Source of the DNA: a virus | Lineage: Duplodnaviria; Caudoviricetes | Virus record (IMG/VR): IMGVR_UViG_3300044216_000963 | Location: 1-34,015 of that record | Reading direction: 5' to 3' (one strand) | DNA length: 34,015 nt | In this document: positions 28,453-34,015 of the stretch, piece after piece | How the letters are laid out: every line of letters starts with the position of its first letter | Position numbering within the stretch: position 1 is the first letter of the stretch | Program-made: the position numbers and the translations under genes | Notes under the pieces: generated by a model | What the model was told of the DNA's origin: nothing | What the model saw: the letters and a program-made list of their open reading frames with translations, nothing else | Database searches by the model: none

Positions 28453-28609
28453 ATTCTATCTCCTCATATTCTTCTTCTGTTACAGCACTACGCAAAAGTA
28501 AATCCGCATAGACATTACCAAAGATTACATTTTTATTGATCCACCAATAGCAAGAGAGATCAATCCCCTCCTCTGCCAGTACATCATGTACATCATAGTT
28601 ATCCACCAC
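28442..28609 (-). CDS. Small acidic protein, absent from the ORF track
   Basis: GTG start after AAGGAG; about 55 aa VDNYDVHDVLAEEGIDLSCYWWINK...EEIEYAV. Fills the gap. Confidence 0.5.
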   Translation of the reverse strand: MVDNYDVHDVLAEEGIDLSCYWWINKNVIFGNVYADLLLRSAVTEEEYEEIEYAV

Positions 28610-28967
28610 ACTTCTCCTTTACATAAACATGAGGTCTATTGTTTTCATCCAAGATCAAGATGGCATACTCCGCCTCATGTATTGGTTCATGGGTATGCAC
28701 ATCATAAAAGTAACCATATTGATAAGGATCATACCTGACCTTTTTCAATCCGTCAATAGCTGGTTTTACATCTAGGGTTTCCATCTCTCCCTTCACAAAA
28801 GCATGGACATTCTTCTGCCTATCTCTGAGAACAGCAGCTCTCCCCCCTGCCCTGACAACGAAGGTAGGTCTATCCACCCTCACCAACGTGGCATAGAATA
28901 CGGGCGTACTCTTTGCACGAATAGAATACACCCTCTTATTGATGTTATAATATATTTCTCTGATCAT
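28599..28967 (-). CDS. Conserved hypothetical early phage protein
   Basis: YYN..K..YS, F.V...GR..VLR..QKNVHAFV.G, V.YDPY....F pattern. Confidence 0.75.
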   Translation of the reverse strand: MIREIYYNINKRVYSIRAKSTPVFYATLVRVDRPTFVVRAGGRAAVLRDRQKNVHAFVKGEMETLDVKPAIDGLKKVRYDPYQYGYFYDVHTHEPIHEAEYAILILDENNRPHVYVKEKCGG

Positions 28968-29194
28968 CCATCATACTCCTTTTGTAAATCAAAATACTTT
29001 TGGTAATCATCATCACTACCTAGTCTAGCATCCTCATCCCATTCAAGAAATTGAGTGAGGCTATCCCACCCAAGGTCACACTTAGACGGATCAATGGTAT
29101 CTGTTAGCTCACCATTTGGTTGAACGAAAAAAGGCCATCCATCAGATGCAATCCACAGTTCAAGTTTATTAGACAAATTTTTGGCGTCCATCAT
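28964..29194 (-). CDS. Hypothetical early protein
   Basis: 76 aa from ATG 29194 with AAAGGA RBS. Confidence 0.6.
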   Translation of the reverse strand: MMDAKNLSNKLELWIASDGWPFFVQPNGELTDTIDPSKCDLGWDSLTQFLEWDEDARLGSDDDYQKYFDLQKEYDG

Positions 29195-29309
29195 ACATCC
29201 TTTCCAGAAAATCCTCACAATGAGGACGTATAGTTTGTGACTGGCGAAAAAATTTTGAGAATGGGGGCGTCTAATACCTCACATTTTCAAAAAAGTATCT
29301 GAATAGATA

Positions 29310-29340
29310 CAGGAAAACCCTAGAAAATTCCCTAGGGTTT
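29310..29340 (-). terminator. Terminator-like hairpin after the first early gene
   Basis: Perfect 9-bp inverted repeat AAACCCTAG (29315-29323) / CTAGGGTTT (29332-29340). Confidence 0.55.
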
Positions 29341-29355
29341 ACTCTTTATCTACTC

Positions 29356-29868
29356 TCAAGCTGCTTTCTTTGAAGCTTTAGCAACCATAAGCGCCTTTAC
29401 TTGTGTATTGATTGCAGCAACAAGCGAAGCTTCTGTCACGTTCTCTTTAGCTATGCGCTTGGCTATTTGTTCTGCAAACTTGGACAAATCAAAAGCATTT
29501 TCTGTTTTATCTTCGCCTTTGATTGCAGCGAGTAAATTGCCGCGAATTGATAGACCGTCTTTAACTGCATTTTTAAAACGGTCTAGTGCATCATTGTCCA
29601 CATTGTCGCCTAACGTAATGACAAGCGATTTTTTGTCCTTAGCAATTTTTGTTTTTGCTTCAGGAAAGATAATGGCAACAATTTGCTGCACTGTTTTTGC
29701 GCCGTGTGTATCACCATTTTTGCGCAACCGAAACAAAGCGGAAGCAATGTTACGACTATCACCACCTATTGCAAATGTTACTAGGTCAAGTAATCTCGCT
29801 GCTGCAATTTTTCCTGATCCCATATTTGAAACAAAAGCATTTTCAATTTTTTTGATATCGTTGGTCAT
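29356..29868 (-). CDS. First early gene: basic, Ala/Lys-rich hypothetical protein
   Basis: 170 aa, RBS AAAAGGA, ends KASKKAA. Confidence 0.75.
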   Translation of the reverse strand: MTNDIKKIENAFVSNMGSGKIAAARLLDLVTFAIGGDSRNIASALFRLRKNGDTHGAKTVQQIVAIIFPEAKTKIAKDKKSLVITLGDNVDNDALDRFKNAVKDGLSIRGNLLAAIKGEDKTENAFDLSKFAEQIAKRIAKENVTEASLVAAINTQVKALMVAKASKKAA

Positions 29869-29886
29869 AGTATTTTATCCTTTTAG

Positions 29887-30406
29887 TAGGGTTTCGAATT
29901 AGAACATATCAGAATTAATATGCTCAAAAATGAAACCCTAGGACATCGCCTAAACCATGCCCTAGGATAATTTTACTCTTTCACAATCCCATCTTTACTC
30001 TGCTAGATTGTGATTAGATCAAAACCAATTGATTAAATCTTATATCACTGCATTAACTTAATAACGTCTTAACTTGATTGTTAGCCTTTGGCTATAAACC
30101 TCAGGAACAAGCTTTGATTTACTGTATTGGTCCAATAGTTTTCTATTCTTTTTTAAACTCCTAAAGAAAACGCTAATCGGTACAGCTCACAACGTTGCAA
30201 AGTATCGACGGGTAACTAGATCATTTTCACCAATTTAATAAGAGTATCTTTGAGGCTCTCATTGATTACTTGCCTAGTCGCTGCCGAAACCACCTAGCGT
30301 TCATGATCGCTATATAAGTAAATCCTCAAGGGTACAGAGGATCGCTAGGTACTAGCAGGGTTTCACACATGATACGCAGGGAAACCGGGACCGCGTTTTT
30401 TGTCAC
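29887..30406 (-). ncRNA. Putative large structured RNA or 5' leader of the early transcript
   Basis: No ORF of 60 aa or more. At least nine helices, several with G-U pairs only on the minus strand, and an upstream promoter candidate. Confidence 0.6.
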
Positions 30407-30412
30407 AACCCG

Positions 30413-30441
30413 TACATATTAATGGCCGAAAAACCCGTCAA
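30413..30441 (-). promoter_or_regulatory. Sigma70-like early promoter
   Basis: TTGACG-17-TATGTA. The missing -7 T is common in alphaproteobacterial promoters. Confidence 0.5.
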
Positions 30442-30654
30442 GACCATAAGCTGGCAAAATATACTAATGTCCCATTTCATATACCTATTTCCCTTTAATC
30501 AAATAAATTAGTACAATAGGATAGGTGCTGTATCCAATAGGTACGTTTTTGGGATTAACTGCATTTTAGCTATTTTTAAATTATAATGAGTTATCCAATT
30601 TTTCCGCCAGCGCTACTAACGAATAGCCAACTGCACGATGGGGTAGGGTTATTT

Positions 30655-30768
30655 TACCCTAAAGTATAGGCGATATGGGATTGTAGATAGCTCTATGGTT
30701 CATTAGTATGTATATACTGAATTGTGCATCTCCTATCCTTCCCCACACTTGCCCTATACTTTTGGGTA
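30655..30768. repeat. Long inverted repeat
   Basis: TACCCTAAAGTATAGG (30655-30670) versus CCTATACTTTTGGGTA (30753-30768), 15/16 complementary. Confidence 0.75.
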
Positions 30769-31077
30769 TAATTTGGTAAAAATTGGGTACAAACAATATA
30801 ACATTGTCTATAAACCCTATAAAAAAGAGTATGTTACTCGCGCAATAAATATTAATGTCTAATCCAAAGGTATAACAGCCCCTATCCTTATGGGTAGGCA
30901 TGGGCCACCCCCCGGTACTACGTAGCGTATGCACACCCAATGACAGAGATGGGGTTTTTAAGTCCTGAAATATTCTGTAACAAAACGTGATAATTAATAT
31001 TTTTTAATTGTAAGGTAAAAAATTAAGAAATATTTAAGTGATGATAGAGATTTTTTGTAAAAAAGTTAAAAAAGGTA

Positions 31078-31105
31078 TTGACACGGCGGCTATATGTGAT
31101 ATAAT
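31078..31105 (+). promoter_or_regulatory. Consensus sigma70 promoter
   Basis: TTGACA-16-TATAAT with an A-rich UP-like tract upstream. Confidence 0.7.
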
Positions 31106-31121
31106 TAAATATAATATAAGA

Positions 31122-31270
31122 TAATATCTTAAGTTATACCTAAGAGTGATACCTTAGAGTCCTAATACCAAGAAGTTTAATAATCTAAAGTGATAATCTT
31201 AAGTAATAACCTTAAGTGTCTATTAATTTTATTTAGATTTATTAGATTATAAGAGGTAATAACCTTATGT
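31122..31270 (+). repeat. Array of degenerate 13-bp repeats (about RATAMYCTTAAGT)
   Basis: Units at 31122, 31135, 31148, 31164, 31179, 31192, 31205 and 31258. Confidence 0.8.
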
Positions 31271-31325
31271 AATTACTTAATGTACAGGGTGTTCAACTTT
31301 TTTCTGTCGTTCCAAAGAAAAGGTG

Positions 31326-31354
31326 TTGACATCTTGGATGATACAGGATATAAC
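31326..31354 (+). promoter_or_regulatory. Sigma70-like promoter abutting a start codon
   Basis: TTGACA-17-TATAAC, 5 nt before ATG 31360. Confidence 0.65.
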
Positions 31355-31359
31355 TAGGC

Positions 31360-31611
31360 ATGTCTAAACCAAAAATGTATTCTTCAGACAAAGTTATAGA
31401 AGAATTTTATAATGCTCTTGCCAGTGAAGACGAAGGAAGATTACGAAGAGTACATATTCCTAGATCTGATGTATTTTATGTCAGAGAAAAGATCTTCCAG
31501 GATACAGGAGTTAAGTATTCTTTAGATCATGTGGAACGTTCAATGTATTTAGAAGGTATGTTGGACGTTAAAGACGTTTTAGAACCTAGAAGAAAGAGAA
31601 AGTATGGCTAG
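31360..31611 (+). CDS. Hypothetical protein, first gene of the late arm
   Basis: 83-aa ORF directly after a promoter. Confidence 0.7.
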   Translation: MSKPKMYSSDKVIEEFYNALASEDEGRLRRVHIPRSDVFYVREKIFQDTGVKYSLDHVERSMYLEGMLDVKDVLEPRRKRKYG

Positions 31612-31819
31612 TACAATTATAGATGACTACAAAATCTTCCCAAGGTTGATGATGTTGGTGGTAACTATTTTAACTTACCAGTCTGTACACTGGTATATGT
31701 CTTTACCTGACCCCACTAACGGTCAAGCAGGACTAGTTTCAGTCTGTATGGGTGCACTAACAGGTTGTTTTGGCATATGGATGAATAAAGAAGCTAAGAC
31801 AGATCGTGGAACAAAATAA
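31604..31819 (+). CDS. Two-TM membrane protein (holin-like)
   Basis: IFPRLMMLVVTIL...W.M.L.DPT..Q.GLVS...GALTG.FGIW, located near the endolysin. Confidence 0.65.
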   Translation: MASTIIDDYKIFPRLMMLVVTILTYQSVHWYMSLPDPTNGQAGLVSVCMGALTGCFGIWMNKEAKTDRGTK

Positions 31820-32028
31820 TGTATGTAATTGTTTTAGTGATGTTCTTGAATGGGGGCCATAAGATAGCCTCAGATCAGATACTATATCCAAATCAAGAGA
31901 TGTGTGAAGTTGCAGAGGCAGTGCTATTACAAAAACTAGAGGCTTCTAAACCTACCCCAGACTCTTTTGTAATTACTAAATGTGTAGAAATGTCTTTTGC
32001 TAAAGAATCAAAAGGAATATCACTATGA
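31819..32028 (+). CDS. Hypothetical protein with hydrophobic N-terminus and two Cys
   Basis: MYVIVLVMFL...YPNQEMC...KC, translationally coupled. Confidence 0.6.
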   Translation: MYVIVLVMFLNGGHKIASDQILYPNQEMCEVAEAVLLQKLEASKPTPDSFVITKCVEMSFAKESKGISL

Positions 32029-32411
32029 TCCAGGCATTAATAGGACCGATAGCAGAACTGGCTGGTGGATGGCTAAAAGGAAAAGCTAGTGCACAGGCTG
32101 CAGCATCTAATCTTAAACTTGTAGAGGCAGAGGCAAAAGCTACCATTATGAAGTCTGCTGCTACCTCAGAAGCTGACTGGGAAAAGATTATGGCTCAAGG
32201 TTCTCAGTCTAGTTGGAAAGACGAGTGGCTAACGATTTTATTTTCAATACCTCTTGTACTTGTATTTACAGGGGACTGGGGTAGAGAAATAGTAGCAAAT
32301 GGTTTTGTTGCTTTGGAAACAATGCCTGAGTGGTATCAGTATACGCTAGGTGTAATTGTAGCTGCCAGCTTTGGTGTCAGATCAGCTACGAAGTTTTTTG
32401 GGAGGAAGTGA
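32025..32411 (+). CDS. Putative holin (3TM-type)
   Basis: SWKDEW.TILFSIPLVLVF...MPEWYQY.LGVIVAASFG.R, upstream of the endolysin. Confidence 0.7.
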   Translation: MIQALIGPIAELAGGWLKGKASAQAAASNLKLVEAEAKATIMKSAATSEADWEKIMAQGSQSSWKDEWLTILFSIPLVLVFTGDWGREIVANGFVALETMPEWYQYTLGVIVAASFGVRSATKFFGRK

Positions 32412-32515
32412 TGGCACGTAAGAAACCTGCACCTAAAAAAGGTAAAAAGGGTATGGCAATAATCATATCAGTTTGCCCACCTAAAAAGAAACCTGTAAGA
32501 AGGAAAAAGAAATAA
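32411..32515 (+). CDS. Tiny Lys/Arg-rich protein
   Basis: RBS GGAGG; 34 aa MARKKPAPKKGKKGMAIIISVCPPKKKPVRRKKK; coupled on both sides. Confidence 0.6.
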   Translation: MARKKPAPKKGKKGMAIIISVCPPKKKPVRRKKK

Positions 32516-32967
32516 TGGCATTCAAGTTAAGTGAGAGAAGTCTTCGTAAGTTAGAGGGTGTAGAAAAAGACTTGGTAAATGTGGTTCTAGAAGCCATAAA
32601 ATTAACTAAGGTAGACTTTGGTGTAACCTATGGACTACGTACATTAGAGGAGCAAAAAGAATTATTTGATTCTGGCAGATCACAAACTATGAAGAGTAAA
32701 CATTTAGATGGTAGGGCCGTAGATGTTGTAGCTTACTTTGGTTCTAATATTTCTTGGGAGTTAAATGTTTATGATGATATTTGTGATGCCTTTGCGGAAG
32801 CTGCTAGAAGAAATTCTGTGGCTATTAAATGGGGAGCTGCGTGGAGTGAAGGGGACATTAGGATGTATCAGGGTACTGCAGAAGATGCCATGAATGCATA
32901 CATTGACCTTCGTAGATCGCAGGGACGTAGACCATTTATTGATGCACCACATTTTGAAATGATTTGA
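32515..32967 (+). CDS. Endolysin, peptidase M15 (L-Ala-D-Glu peptidase-like)
   Basis: S.RS...LEGV, GLRT.EEQ, SKHLDGRAVD, WG..W, DAPHFE. Confidence 0.9.
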   Translation: MAFKLSERSLRKLEGVEKDLVNVVLEAIKLTKVDFGVTYGLRTLEEQKELFDSGRSQTMKSKHLDGRAVDVVAYFGSNISWELNVYDDICDAFAEAARRNSVAIKWGAAWSEGDIRMYQGTAEDAMNAYIDLRRSQGRRPFIDAPHFEMI

Positions 32968-32992
32968 CGGTAAAAGTTTTTTATAATATAAT
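32964..32992 (+). promoter_or_regulatory. Sigma70-like promoter
   Basis: TTGACG-17-TATAAT. Confidence 0.7.
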
Positions 32993-33057
32993 TTATAATA
33001 GGGAGTGTGTGGGTAAGAAGAGAACCGTCCTTGTTCCCCTCACAGATTAGGATTAGC

Positions 33058-33369
33058 ATGGCTGAGAAAAAGAACCGTAAAGGCAAACGTAAAGGTACAG
33101 GCATGAAAGGGTTGACCATTAAGGGTGGTCATAAACGTTCTACAGAGTCTGGTGCTGGCATGACAGAGAAAGGTGTTAGAGCATATAGACGTAAGAACCC
33201 TGGATCTAAATTAAAAACTGCAGTAACAGAAAAAAGTCCTTCTAAAGCTAGAGCTAAAAGACGTAAATCCTTTTGTGCCAGATCTGCAGGACAGATGAAA
33301 AAGTTTCCTAAAGCAGCTAAAGATCCTAACAGTAGATTACGTCAAGCAAGAAGAAGGTGGAGATGTTAG
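33058..33369 (+). CDS. Highly basic conserved phage protein (DUF6321-like)
   Basis: GMT.KG..AYRRKNPGSKLK...RRKSFCARS.GQ...DPNSRL..ARRRW.C. Confidence 0.75.
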   Translation: MAEKKNRKGKRKGTGMKGLTIKGGHKRSTESGAGMTEKGVRAYRRKNPGSKLKTAVTEKSPSKARAKRRKSFCARSAGQMKKFPKAAKDPNSRLRQARRRWRC

Positions 33370-33549
33370 ATGGCTAAAACAAAATCAAAAGTAAATCAAG
33401 CGGGAAACTATACTAAACCAGCTATGCGTAAAAGAATGTTTAGTGCAATCAAATCAGGATCAAAAGGTGGTAGACCTGGGCAATGGTCGGCAAGAAAAGC
33501 CCAGCTACTAGCAGCCAGGTATAAAAAAGCAGGAGGGGGCTATAAATAA
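33370..33549 (+). CDS. Small basic phage protein, absent from the ORF track
   Basis: 59 aa MAKTKSKVNQAGNYTKPAMRKRMFSAIKSGSKGGRPGQWSARKAQLLAARYKKAGGGYK. Confidence 0.75.
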   Translation: MAKTKSKVNQAGNYTKPAMRKRMFSAIKSGSKGGRPGQWSARKAQLLAARYKKAGGGYK

Positions 33550-34015
33550 TGAAAATAAAAAATATTTTACTTTTTACATTTTTTACATTAGGTGTAACAA
33601 ATGTTTTACATGCAAGAGATTATGTTAGCATTGCTGGTTCTTCCACTGTCTTACCTTTTGCAACTATTATTGCAGAAGAATTAGGTAATAATCCTATGTA
33701 TAAAACTCCTGTAGTTGAATCTGGTGGTTCGTCAGTAGGGAAAAAAGGTGTATGTGAAGGTACTGGTACAGAGTTTATTGATATTGGTAATGCGTCATCT
33801 CGCATGAAGCCAAAAGAGTTAGAGTTTTGTAATAGTAATAATGTAGAGGTTACAGAAATAAAAGTAGGTTATGACGGTATTGTTGTAGCTAATTCAAAGA
33901 AGGGCCAGCTTTTAAATATTTCTAAATCAGATTTAGGTAAAGCACTTACTGCACAGATTGCCCTAGAAGATGGAACTTGGATAGATAACCCTTATGACAA
34001 ATGGAGTGATGTTAA
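33549..34015 (+). CDS. pstS: Phosphate ABC transporter substrate-binding protein, 3'-truncated
   Basis: Signal peptide, then ARDYVSIAGSSTVLPFA, VESGGSSVG, DIGNASSRMK..E, EIKVGYDGIVVA. Frame open to the window end. Confidence 0.9.
   Translation, partial: MKIKNILLFTFFTLGVTNVLHARDYVSIAGSSTVLPFATIIAEELGNNPMYKTPVVESGGSSVGKKGVCEGTGTEFIDIGNASSRMKPKELEFCNSNNVEVTEIKVGYDGIVVANSKKGQLLNISKSDLGKALTAQIALEDGTWIDNPYDKWSDV

Noticed and set aside
29408-29902. 164-aa plus-strand ORF and the other antisense ORFs in the track
   Set aside because: They mirror well-supported genes on the opposite strand and lack RBS or motifs.
29887-30406. Cobalamin riboswitch, tmRNA, tRNA, RNase P or hammerhead identity for the structured region
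   Set aside because: I could not find the B12 box, a T-loop/CCA end, a tag peptide or a CUGANGA/GAAA core by eye. An Rfam scan is still needed.
30659-30940. 93-aa minus-strand ORF
   Set aside because: No RBS, atypical composition, and it overlaps inverted repeats in the control region.
30964-30992. Possible pho box (CTGTAAC half-site)
   Set aside because: Only one good half-site, and it is far from pstS.
31122-31270. 13-bp array as a mini-CRISPR
   Set aside because: The units are degenerate and abutting, with no unique spacers.

Overview
This window is about 34 kb of an AT-rich dsDNA tailed-phage genome with T7/SIO1-like podovirus-type replication genes. The host is probably a marine alphaproteobacterium, inferred from the PstS, DoxX and class II RNR. 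Positions 1-11797 (+) carry the end of a tail fibre with a peptidase-S74 chaperone, small membrane proteins and large putative internal virion proteins. Positions 11794-29868 (-) carry the early and replication arm: class II ribonucleotide reductase, metallophosphoesterase, resolvase, Cas4-like exonuclease, SSB, PolA, primase-helicase, ThyX, DoxX, a PP-loop/PAPS-reductase-like protein, a tyrosine recombinase, an M28 peptidase and a Zn-finger-repeat protein. Positions 29870-31360 are a divergent non-coding control region with sigma70-like promoters, a heavily base-paired ~500-nt minus-strand RNA, a long inverted repeat and a 13-bp repeat array; the genome terminus may lie here. Positions 31360-34015 (+) carry holin-like proteins, an M15 endolysin, very basic small proteins and a truncated pstS. 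Terminase, portal, capsid and RNA polymerase genes are not seen. The best candidates for something new are the large structured early RNA with its repeated GAGUAAA/CCUAGGG hairpin units, the 'SCMR'/Zn-finger protein plus M28 peptidase pair, and a membrane cluster that includes a cytochrome-oxidase-subunit-IV-like peptide. All family calls come from motif recognition by eye; no searches were run.
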